Positions 49,210-61,089 of a DNA stretch of 64,000 nt are shown here, piece by piece. Source of the stretch: Takakia lepidozioides (taxonomy: Eukaryota; Plantae; Bryophyta); NCBI GenBank assembly GCA_030704615.1, contig CM060733.1:54932001-54996000 (forward strand), in the 5' to 3' direction. A program made the position numbers and the translations under genes. The notes below the pieces were generated by a model. It was not told the DNA's origin, made no database searches, and saw only the letters and a list, made by a program, of their open reading frames with translations. Within the stretch, counting starts at the first letter, position 1. The number at the start of each line of letters is the position of its first letter.

Positions 49210-51454
49210 TCAATATAACCGGAGATTCGGTGAGGGATTCCAAGGTTGCTTGGTAGCCCACTGTTTCGCATTAGGCACTCCAATGTACCCCTTACCTCCA
49301 TATCCATTTGCATAATGTCTTGCTGGCTTCTGCGCTTGCCTCCTTACTTGTAATGGCTCCGGAACATGAGTGTATGATGCCTGGTGCAAATTCTCAGCCT
49401 GCCCTTTCCAGTGACCTGCCATTAAGAGTATCATGTTGATAATTAGCAAGATGTCATCACCAAATAGTAACTTAAACGAAGGATGTCTGGCTTGGACATA
49501 TATCCGAGGGCCACTAATTATGAATAAAAGTATCCTAAGTGCTTAGATTCAACCCGGTGATGGAGTTCTTCCAGGAGTTGCGGAGGAACTACCAAGGTGT
49601 ACGGACAAATCTACTTGACATGAGGAGCATTTGGCCTAGAGAAGATTGTGCACTGGTAAAACGGGAAATGCCACAGAGCATGTACAACCCATGCATTAGA
49701 TCATTTTAAGCCAAAATGAGGAGAACATACCATAACTACAACGCTGGGCCTGATAACTGGGATTATCAGCTGTTGCTCCACACACCACTGGCAACTGCTG
49801 AGCTGCATTTCTCTCTGTTGAAAGGGAAATTTGGGAAACTTGATTGGTGTAACATGGGTAGTCATCCCACCCATAGTGACCACCCTGGTTTTCATCAGTC
49901 CAACCTGAGGCAACTGGCTGTGAAGGTTGCTCCACCCAAGCAGCAGAAGGGGGCTCATAATTTGCCCAGCCCGGAGCAGGACCTGTTGGTATGGTGGGCA
50001 ACGTCCATGCAACTGGAACTCCTGCCTCCTTTGCATTGTGTGACCAGCTAGTGTGATCTGCTGACTTCAAACCAGCTGAGCTATCCCACTCCATATGTGC
50101 CACTGGGGCTTGTGGCCAGATGGGTACTTGCTTTTGCGGTGCAATTGGTATTGTTTCCCAGCCACTACTATCCTTCTCTAACTTCCGAGCAGATGAATCC
50201 ACTCGTGTCTCTGTAACATTGGACTGGACCACATTGTCAACCCAACCTGTTTGTTCTGCCTGAGATGGGTTCATCTCCCAAACAGTGGGTTGGACTTGTG
50301 CCTCAGTCTCCCACTCTGTCTCCCTCTCTCTCCTCCAAGGTGAAGCCACTCGCATATCTGTGCCATTGGGTCTGTTGGACTGGACCATGTCGTCATCCCA
50401 ACCTGTCCTTGCCACATGAGTTGGAGTTGTTTCCCGGCCTGTGGGATGCAATTGCACGTCAGGGGGGCAAACCTCCCACCCATTCTCCGGCTCTCTCTTC
50501 CAGGCAGATGGATCTGCTCTTGTGTCTGTGCAATTGGGAGCAAAGGGCTCGACCACATCCCAACCGGTTGCCTGCCCTTGAGCAGCTGGGGCCACCCCCC
50601 AGCCACTCGGTTGTATTTGCGAATCAGGGATCCAAGCCTCCCAAGGTGTGGCAACAACTTCCTTGTTGATCTCTGAAAGACCCAGAATAACCGGGCTGTG
50701 TGGTCGAAAGGCTTTTGCCTCTATTTCTGTATGAGATGTTGTTGAATTCCAGTCTATGTCCTTGCTATTACTGTAGAGATCTTGATCACAGTCGCATGGG
50801 CAGCAAGGAAGACCATGCCTCTCCTGCACCAATTGCAGGTTTTCTATAGCAGCAGAATCATCCCAACTGGCAACGCTTGGTATGTCCGGTAAGCCATACC
50901 AGTCGTGATTGTCAGATGTGGGTGAGTCCCACCGTGAGCCAGCACAATCTGGCCAATCTGCAATCCACCAAACCAGTTAGCACCAGTGCACCTGCAAAGT
51001 TCAACCAAGTTGGCAGATATCCTCAAGCATAGCCTGTCAAGTTCTCTATATGGCTCTCCTTCAATACCTGGAACCCGCCATGTAGTCAACCCGAAGGTAG
51101 GCACTTTACCCTGTATGCGTGACAAAAAAAAATGTATTTCCAGTATTACCCTCCATTTGCTGAGGGTGCCTTGAATCAATGGCTCATTCTTGGCCAGTCG
51201 CGATCGAAAAGACCACGCCCTGAATAGAGAAAGACAGGGGCTGAAGAGATAGGGATAGAAAAGGGATGACCATATAGCAGGACTTCCAACGCACAGATAG
51301 AGAAAGACAAACTAGTAGATCTTTCAATACCTTACCGGCACGAACTCTTGCAAGACAATTCTAGCTAAAGGTGTGACAAGCCCATTTTGGTAGGTCGAAC
51401 GCACATCCACAAATCTCACCTGAACCGCCCCCGCCGTTGGGGTACCGTACCCAT
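49210..51454 (-). CDS. Uncharacterised plant protein with a WDDSA..IDWN motif and a long Trp/GW-repeat region
   Basis: Large exon ~50975-49731 (includes ORF 49696..50832: SVASWDDSAAIE..GLPC..DLY..IDWNS, then many GW units) splices in phase 1 to a last exon ~49414-49210 (GHWKGQ..LRLY*). The 5' exons and start codon are uncertain. Confidence 0.65.
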
Positions 51455-52681
51455 CTCATTCGAGAAAACTTTCTCGCCCTGCCTACGACCTCGGCACATG
51501 GGAGGAGAAGAATTCGTTGTTGATAGCATCAGAGGAAAGGAGGAGAGAGAAAATATCAAGAGAGAAAAAGACAAATTCATTCCTAGTCCAACAAGTAAGA
51601 GCATAAAAATGACATACCCTTGAAATCATCCCGCGGTTTCCACGCTTCCGTGGAAACTGGAGTATCCTCGTTCCTCCTCCACGCATCTCTAGACGCCGCA
51701 GCCTCCTTGTGCTTCCTACCTCGACCCCAACCGCCTCGGCGGCCTCTCATCGATACCCCCAGAAGTCGCCGACTTCACACTCGAAACACCGGACAAAATT
51801 CCTACCGAATTTGCAACACCCTTCACAACACCTTCTCTTGCCCGTCTCTCTCCCTCCTACTCCGATCCACCCCAAGCGCACCAAAAAAAACAGACTTTCC
51901 ACCGTTGCTCCGTCCCAATCTCGTCCCGCTCCATTCCTCAACCACTCTGGCAGATGAACAGTCCCCTCACCATCACAGCACTAAGTCCCCCTCTATACAT
52001 CTCTAATTCCCGCGCTCTTCATCCCCCCGCCCCATCCATCTCCCACACACAACACAAATGCGCATCGCAGACGCGCTCGATGCGCGCGCACCAACGGACT
52101 CGCAGCGCCAACAAAATGACAAACAAACCAGCGCCGCCGACGAGGAACACTCGCGCTCTTGCCGCGACGGTTTCGCCTCCCGTTTCGCCGGAGTTTCGCC
52201 GCCACACCGTCGGCGTAGGGCCCACCTCTGGCGAAACCCTGTCCACACGTGTGCATATCGGATATGTGGGGGCGCCCACCGGCGACGTGGCCGCCCGCTT
52301 CGCAGCCAAATCTCCGTCCGACGATCCGCCCGCATTTTCTCGTTCCGTTCCGCGGGCAGGGCGGGCAGCCTCCTTTTCATTTATGAGCCATCACGCACAT
52401 CTTCAATTCCATGCGAGACGAGAGCCCCGAGTGATTTTCTCGTTTGAATCCTCATTAATTATTAACTTATTGAAAAGCTTTCCAACCGGAATAATGCAGG
52501 CGTGCCATCTGCCGCTAAGTTACTTTCGCCAAATTCCGGCACCGTCTGCGCCTTAGGCAGGCCCGCTGTCAAATCATCCCCACGCCCTTTTACCTCGGAC
52601 TCACTATTAAATATTTTCGGTTGGACGAGTAGTGTGTTGGTAATGATCTTGAGGTGCAGTTTTCGATCCTCGATGGTGTCT

Positions 52682-52740
52682 GTGTCACCCCAGTCAGCGT
52701 GGTTGGTGTCACCCCAGTCAGAGTGGCTGGTGTCACCCCG
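52682..52740. repeat. 24-bp minisatellite (about 2.5 copies)
   Basis: gtgtcaccccagtcag(c/a)gtgg(t/c)tg repeated. Confidence 0.85.
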
Positions 52741-54451
52741 GTAGAGTATCAGTGTATGGAATGAAAGAGAGAGACAGTAAAGTTGTTCCTGCAATGGAAG
52801 GAACAGTACAGAGATCCGAGGAACGAAGAAGGAAAGAAGGGTTGGGAAGATGAGCCGCAATCTTGGAGATTGGCAGAAAAGCTTGAATACAAGTACCAAC
52901 CAAGTTGCCGGGATAGGCTTATATTTTGTGTGTGGAAGTTAAGGTGGAGTGGCAAGGTGAGACTGGACGACCGTTGGCCCAACGAGACTCTCTTTGACTC
53001 TCTGCAAGACTTGAGAGTGCACATCGAATCGGATGGGATGGGTGGGAAAGTGGATCGGTGACGACAGCGCTCCAAAGTACGTACTGAAAGTTGATTGTTA
53101 CGGAAGAAGGTGTGGAGTGTGGAGTGTGGAGAGACTCTCAATTTTGTGCACCGTGCTCTCCACTGAAGTCACTGTCCTCGAGCCAATTCTCGTCATATAA
53201 GTCTTTAAGATAGTGTGTGGGAGTGTACGTTTTGGCCGTCTCATGTTTTTCTTTCGTCTTTGCACTTCTTCCAACTGTCTGTTTCACACCATCTGGTTCT
53301 TCTTTCCAGTCATGTACCAGGTGCGCTTTCTTCCTCTCTAACTCCGCACTTCAATCGAAGTATCTCACTCAATATGCACTTTCCTCTCCTCTGCTCCTCA
53401 TGTTATGAAATCTGTAAAACTCCTTTCGCATCCAGTATTGCTATTTTGAGCTTTGTTCAAAATAGATTTTGCCAGAAGATGATGAAGGAACATATCAACC
53501 ATCCAACACAAATATTGCAATCTCTCCAACAATCTCAAACCTCTCCTTTGTCATCCTGTTGTGTCATTTGCCAAAGGAAGGATTGACTGTGAAGTTGCAT
53601 AAATGTAGGAGTGATGGTATGCCGCTCACACCTCACTGTGGCTGCCAATACTAACACATAGGTCTTCAAGCTCTTGCGGTTCCAGACTGCCCCAGAATTA
53701 AGGAACACCTTCAAGTGCGGAAACAATAGTACTGCTCAAATCATGGGTTGTTGATGGGGCAGCAGACAAGACGGGTGATGGAATTGGTATTATCAACATC
53801 TCAATAAGAGCAGAGAAGAACGTAGACTTCCAATCAAAAGGTGGACCATTTCAAAGGATACATCATATCCAAGGCAAAAGTGGGTGCTGCAAACAAAAGA
53901 CCTGTAGAGAACAGTTGAACAGAGTAGAAACAGGACCAAGAACACTGCAGCTTCCACAGGGTGTTCCCACTGAAAATTCCCTGCCATGCGCTGATATTCA
54001 AAGGCAACTTTCTGCATAGCGCGACGCCCCTGCTCCCCTTTCAAGCAGCTGGCACTTTAACAGGTAAGAAGATAGAAGTACCAGATAAACAGCACTCGAG
54101 AGATACCAAATTGACTGCTTCTACATAACAGTAAGAAAGGTTCAAACAAATATCCACCGAGAAATATACCCAAGGGATGAGATGAGTAGACTGAGCCACT
54201 TCCATAACCCCAGAAGACATTCAAATTGATGTTTGGAAAGAAAAACCATCAAATTAGACAACAAGTGCACCCCTGATTTGAGATCAACCACAACAATTTA
54301 GTGTACAGCCTTGAGATGTCAAAACATTGTAGATTAAGAGACCGCGTCTTTTCCCTTCAGCAGGTTCAAAAATTAATGAGCGACTGAGCTGTATCTATTA
54401 CATAACCACCACTGAAAGACCGAGCGAGTCGCCAATCCCTGTCCTAACTGC

Positions 54452-57400
54452 TTAATCAACCTGCTCAAACCCATACGAAACAACCTCCTCCTCAATGTTC
54501 AGGATCTCCTCAACTTCGACTTCCTCTGCTTCATACTCTTCTTCTTCATCACTTGGTTCACCATCGCGAAGCTCCTGACGCAGCTCACTCTCCTCCTCTA
54601 GCTCTCGTTTCCACTGAGCCAAGCATGCTCTCCAATCATCCATCAACTTGCGACGATTTTCAATGTCTTGGGCACTCATGGCCGTGGAGGCTTCAGCATC
54701 TTCCACTTCATACTTCTTGCTGTACTTGCGCAGGTTCTTGGCGATCTCTGCCTCGTCCTCAAGAGTGAGGAGGGTTGGAGGCCTTGGGCGCCACAAAAAC
54801 TATGAAGCCGAAAACAGAAAGAAATTAGTGAAGTTCAATGGAAAGAGATTGATCACACAAAAGATGTTGATCAAAGTGGACAGAACATCAGATTATGTAA
54901 TGTCATGTGTTTACCTGGAAAAACCTATCTCTGGGAAGACGATACAGCAGCTTTCCATTGAACGACCAGATGTTGAAACCATTCTCCATTTGGTGTACTG
55001 AGGTAACGGACGTAGATACAAACCTGCACATTTCACCGACAATACAGAGAGGTAGCATTGACACTTTAGATACACAAAATGAACAGATTTGCAAGCACGC
55101 CAAATTTGAAGGGAAATCCAACACCTACCCCTTCCTAAATGCCACTTGCAAATGAAATTACAGCATTTGGTACTTGCCTGCCAGTGGGATCCCAGTCAAC
55201 ATCAGTGGCCATGAAATGCTCAGCTGTTGACATGGTCTCCAGCTCGTCCACATTGTAAAATTCCAGCTGACCATTATATGCCTTCAACCCTGCAAGGACG
55301 ATGAACCGGCCAATAGGAGACCAATACAAAGCATTGGCTTGCTTGCCTTTCAGGGTTGTCAACTTGGTTACACGCCCCACATTGTTCGGGGAGCGCATGG
55401 AGTAGAAGGTGATGTCTGGGCGTGGCCCATCACCATGAATGATTGCAAATCGGTGCCCCTTGGGTTCCCAGGAGAATGCCACAATCTTGTCATTTTTGTT
55501 CTCCAACTCGAGAACTTCAATAGGAATGTCACGCTCCTTGATTCGGAACAGCTCAAAGCCGGTGTATGTACTCTTCTTTGTCTTGGTATAGCGGTCAACC
55601 TGCACACCCGAGAAAACAGTCCATATCAGAACTTGATGATCTCTCTCAGAGAGAGCCCCTCACAAAGGTAGCGTCTGTTCCCTCCCTCTTGTTCTGCCCA
55701 AACTGGGCAGGGGGTCTATGGCCACAAGGCAACATCTTATGAGTACATTCTTTGGTTAGGGTTCATTGAAACAGTGCACCACCGAACTAACCTTCACAGC
55801 CAGGTAGTCACCATTGCTTTGCCAATACATTTTGCAGTCACTGACACTGAACAGATTCTTCTGACGCAACTCCTCCCTGCTGGGGATTGACACCAAACTC
55901 ACCTGTTCCACACAACGAAAGAAGCATACTTTGATGAACACAAAATACAGAAGAACCAACAATGGTGCATTATTCTGGTACTCTCTAGAAGTACATATTT
56001 TCAGGTTTAAGGGTTAGTAGCTCACCCTGGCAGGCTGGTTGCCACCACCTCCCTCAGGCACAAAGAGTGAAAGCAAGGGGTCAGTTGGAGACCAGCTGAA
56101 ATCTAGCACATTGTCAACTTTCAATGATTTCTTGTCCAAAAGACTCATTGTCTCAGTCTCATATACACTGATGGCATTCTTCCCTATTCGAGCAAAATAA
56201 TTATCTCCACGCCCACCTGCCCATCTGCAGCCAACCACCCAAAACCAAACTGCTTCAGAGCCTGATCACAACCTACTCTTTAGCAAGCACTAGTCTTCCT
56301 GTTGCCTCCTGTCCGTCTCTTTTACATCCTCCCTTGCTCTCCCCTCACTGCTCACCATTTCTCTGCCCATAGTATATCCCTCTCAAACCTTCAGCCTCTA
56401 GTAGTATATCCCTTCTGGGAGACCCCCAATAAGCTCCATTAGCCGGGCATTCACAGGTCCATAAGAACCTCCCTCTCTTGGCAGCTAAGGCTATTTGACG
56501 CTTCTACCTCCCCCCCCTCCGGATAAGAGGGCACCCAGTAACCTAACCCTGATGGTCCAAGCCAGAGGTTATAGCAGCACAGCTAGATCATACTTTCTAG
56601 AACAAATTCAAAGCCATTACGATGATGCTCAATTGCCTCAACAGACCTTTGTGGGCCGCACAAAAGTGCCTTGGCAAGTATGCACGTCATATTACAGAAC
56701 GAAATCCCACACCAGGATCCAGAAGGGTTAGCATCCTCATATCAGTATTCACAGTTAAGGTTGAGTGGGTATATCTCTGTTCCCTCTCCTGTCTAATGGT
56801 ATGTGCACAGATACCTGAATACAGGCCAAGACACACCAGCCACGCCACCAGTGCCACCAGTTGCAAAATCATCAGCACTACCCTTAAATTCACGCAGAAC
56901 CTTGCCGCTGCGAACATCAAACACATTGAGAGTAACCCTCTGCAATCCCCATCATTGTCACAGCCCAGTCAAGATGACAATCTGATAATACATTGTCCAC
57001 CAGTTGCTACCAGAGTTAGCGGATTAAGTCAACAGGGGTTGACCAGGCTTAAATGAGACTTGTGGTTGAACATTAGTGATTAGTGGCTGTCCAATTTTTT
57101 AAAGACAAATTTCAGGCTCAGATGCTAAGGATTGATCACTGATAACTGCCCAGGAAACTCAAACATTGACATTGTTACCTGGGTGTCACGCGGATTGCTG
57201 GGCTCATGGCTGCTATACGTGACCATGTACTTCTCACCTGGCGAAAAATCGATCAACCTCACCTGCCCAACCACAAGCCCATCAGGGTCTATCCTGTTAT
57301 CATGTCTCATAATATCAAGGCAGGGGCAACGGTACCAGCATGCACCACGGGAGAGGCCATGCTGGTGCACAACACACATTGACGCAAGGGCACTCAGGGA

Positions 57401-59430
57401 TCTGTTGGGTGATTCTGGAAACCATGCAAAAGCTTCTAAACTCTCATGTCACTCCGAAATTGCTGCTGAGAGGAACTGTCACTGCTTCAGGAGACCTAGG
57501 TCCTGTCTTATATTATTGGCATGGTGGACACTAGCCTTCAGCTGTCTACACATCCAATGACTTCTTTTTATGCTTCCTGGGATTGTTGTGATTAGAACAC
57601 TGTGGTGAGCAACTCTTGATTCTCAATTGCCGGCGTGCCAACAGTTTTCAGATAGGTAAGTAAAGCTTAGAATGTAAGTCTTGTGACTGATGTGATAATA
57701 GTGCACTGAGAGCTTCTGCAACCCATTTTTGTCAAATGCATGATCATGTTCTCAATTAGGGGAAGAAATGGTTGGCCTTATCAATTCATCATGATCTACA
57801 AGAGATGTGATGGTGGACCTGAGGGTGGATATATCGCATGAGACGGTTGAAAGTCTTTTCACCTCCCCACACAGCAGCTCCCTGTCTATGGATGGTAGCC
57901 AAATATGTGCCGAGCGGCGACCACTGCACAAAGCTCTCGGTCCAAAACTGCCTCACAGCACCCCAGCCTCCAACACAATGTTCAGCAACTCACTGAAGGG
58001 AGACACAGATAGATAACCTCCATTCAAAACTGCCCCAAAACATAAACGCACTCAGCCTAAGCCTCCACCAGAATCATCAGTAATTCAGTGGAAGTACACA
58101 TAGAGCAGACTCACCGAACGATGGTACACAGGATCAGGCTTCCCTTGGCGGGCATCGTTAAAGTACACCTCTGTCTCAGAACCAAACCGGATCACAAACT
58201 GGTCGCGGCCTCGCTCGTCAGTAAGCCATGCCAAAAGGTTTTCCTGTAACAAAAAGCAGTGATAAATTTCAGACACCATCCTCAAACCACCCTCTGCATT
58301 CAGGGTTCAATCTGCACTTTGATTGACATCTGCAAACAAGGTCAGTGCTATTTGTCCAACAATCCAGCTGCCGCAGAAGCACAATGTCGGCCAAAATTGG
58401 GATTGGGCTGTCCACCCCACCATCAGCATTACTAGTGATCGCCCAAGGCTTCACTGAAGACCTTTTCCGAATACTAGCCCTAATTCACGGAATTTGACTG
58501 TCACATGCCACTACCGCCCAAGGAGAAATCAAGGACCCAACAGAACAGAAGTTGGGTTGCGTACCCCAGGGGTGTAAGGCTTGCTTTCGGGTGGAGCCCA
58601 TTCATCGGGGACTTTGATGTACTTCTCAAAATCATCAAACATGTTGACCACGAACACATGAGATCTATCAAGCTTGTAGTCATTTGTCTGCTCACGAGCT
58701 GTTTGAGCCTCCTGCATCATCAAAGCATTGAAAAAGAGGACTAGTTTGAGTGAAGTACTTGTTCCTACCAGCACACCAATGACAAAGTAGAAACCCATAA
58801 AGGAAGAACCGTTCCAAATTGTACCTGAGGGAAGCTGTACTCAAATAAAGGCGTAGCCTTTTCGTCATCCACTCACTTCATCATCGGGCATCCAAAGCTA
58901 GAAAAGAAGTGCTTGATCCTACCAGCACACGTATGACAAAGGAGGATTCGATAAAGGAAGAACCGTTTCAAGTAGTACCTGAGGGGTGGTGTACTCAATC
59001 AGAGCGTAGCCCTTTGTCTTCCCCGTCTCTTCATCCTTCGGCATCCAAAGCCCATTCTCACGAATTACACCAATTTGCCCAAAGATCTTGCGGATGACCC
59101 CCTCCAGCTTCTCAAATTTCTCCTCGGCGACTACTGGCAGATTGTCGACGACAATGACGTTTCCGAACCCCGTGTCTGTCTCCAACACCTCCTCTTCTTC
59201 CTCTTCATCGTCACTGCAACGATCAACTCGAGACTTCAGCGGAGGCTGCAAACAGCCCTGAAAACCTGAAACTTTCTAAAGCAAGCCACATACCTCTTGA
59301 TGCCACAGTCCTCCCCTGGGGGCAGCTCGATCGACTCCAAATCCACCTGACTCCAATCTATGTCCAAAGACACCCGCGGATCCAACCCCAACCTGTGCGG
59401 CGCCTCGGGCGCCTCAGCAACTTCCGCCAT
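54452..59430 (-). CDS. TIF3B1: Eukaryotic translation initiation factor 3 subunit B (PRT1), ~12 exons
   Basis: RRM ([21 protein letters not shown]), [96 protein letters not shown] and an acidic C-terminus. Confidence 0.96.
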
Positions 59431-59436
59431 CACCTA

Positions 59437-59445
59437 AAACCCTAG
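59437..59445. promoter_or_regulatory. Telo-box just upstream of the eIF3b start
   Basis: AAACCCTAG lies a few nt from the ATG; telo-boxes are typical of plant translation-machinery genes. Confidence 0.45.
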
Positions 59446-60619
59446 ACCTCCTTCAAGCAGACCACCGGCACTGCACCCCACACACACAATGAGCAACGTC
59501 CTAGCCTCCACGGCTCGCCCTAACCTTTTTCCCCTGTATTTCTGTATTTTTTATTTTTTTTCTTGGTATTGTTTTTATATATGAAAGGCGTAGGCCAATT
59601 GATTTTATTGGAGGGAAAAAATAAACCCAGAGGGATGCCATGAGGCAAAAACACATTGAAAAGGATGAGGGACAAGCCCAGACAATGTATGTATTGTTCT
59701 TACTTTCTTTTTCTTTGCTTTTTCTTTTTCTTTTTCTTTTTTGGTGTTAACAGGGTTGAGGCCCTGGTTAACTTTATTTGAAAATATGTATTTGGTGGGC
59801 ATAGCCCTTACAAGATTATTGGGAGGGAAAAAATTAAAACCTCAGATTTCGCCATAAGGCACACACACCGTAGTCAGTGAATTGGAGCGACACCACTCTT
59901 GTAGAGTGCGGAAGAACTATCATGGCCTAAGGTCTTTGAAGAGAATCTATTCCTTCGATCAGTGCGTCCCCCTTTCCATTTCTTGCCGATGGAAGGGCCA
60001 TTTTTATTGAATAGAGCGCGAGGAAAAAATAACCTCGAAGAACATTCCGTGAGGACGACAAAGGGGGCACCGCCCCGTAACCTAAAACCAAGAGGGCTGC
60101 AGGAATCTATGGATAAGAAGGTCCCTGAGCAAGATCAAAAAAGTGTAAAGGGGAGCTAGAAGCTGGTGTTCTAGCGCCTAGTGGAATCAAAGGAAAGATG
60201 GGCTTTAGACCTGCCCTTTCTAACAGTGCACTTGTGGCGCCAATTAACATCCGACTTCTCTGGCTCGTCTGAAATTCTAGCTGTACGAGAACTACCAACA
60301 TGACGGGAAGCAGTCTTACTTACTTCATTCAAAGAAAGGGGGAGAAGTTAGAACAGGACCAACAGGTCTAAGTACCTTAGTAACTTCTAACAAACTGAAG
60401 CATCTTCGAAGGGGGCAATCTCAGAAGGCATCTTGAGATTCTCCACTCAATTTCATTTTGGTTAGATGAGAGTTGCATGAAGCTGGTGTAAAGAATATAC
60501 AAGAAAATGTAAAATGATGTGATTTTTTGCCTCTTATATATATATATATATATATGTTCTTATTCGATACAAGAAAATGGCATTCTAGCTGTAAGAGTTT
60601 TCTACAGATTGACAGGAGA

Positions 60620-61085
60620 ATGTAACCCGGCCTCTCCAGCGAATCTTACACATTATCCAAACTCGTTTTGCTGGTATCTAGCTGCCCCTTTACAACACCT
60701 GCAATTCGAACTGGGAGAGTGGAATTGGATGTGTAAAAGCCATAAGCCTTTCTTTGGATATACACTGAAGCTGGGCTATTCTCTTGGACCCCCGACGCTA
60801 TTCTCTAGCAAATGGAGCTCCAAGTGGAGTCACCTGCCTTCTACTCCGACGAACTGGAATGCCATCTGGTCGGACGTTTGGAGAAAAGATAGAGCTTCGA
60901 AGATCTTTGGGTTTTTATGGAAAATTGTCAATCGGATCAGCTTGTCAGTGTTTGACTTCATTGCTGATGTGTAACCTTCTTGTGTTGTCTATACGTCTGG
61001 CAGTTCGGAGTCCATCGAACATTGTCTGGCCCTTTGTCCATTCGCTTCTTTTGTTTGGAGGTTCATTGCTACATTTTATTCAAGA
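60620..61085 (+). mobile_element. L1-like LINE ORF2 C-terminal remnant (zf-RVT)
   Basis: WNAIWSDVWRKDRASKIFGFLWKIVN..C..ESIEHCLALCPFASFVW. Confidence 0.7.
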
Positions 61086-61089
61086 CGGC

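Noticed and set aside
51954-52556. Overlapping ORFs of up to 200 aa
   Set aside because: GC-rich promoter or UTR-like region with ORFs in many frames and no protein-like signal.
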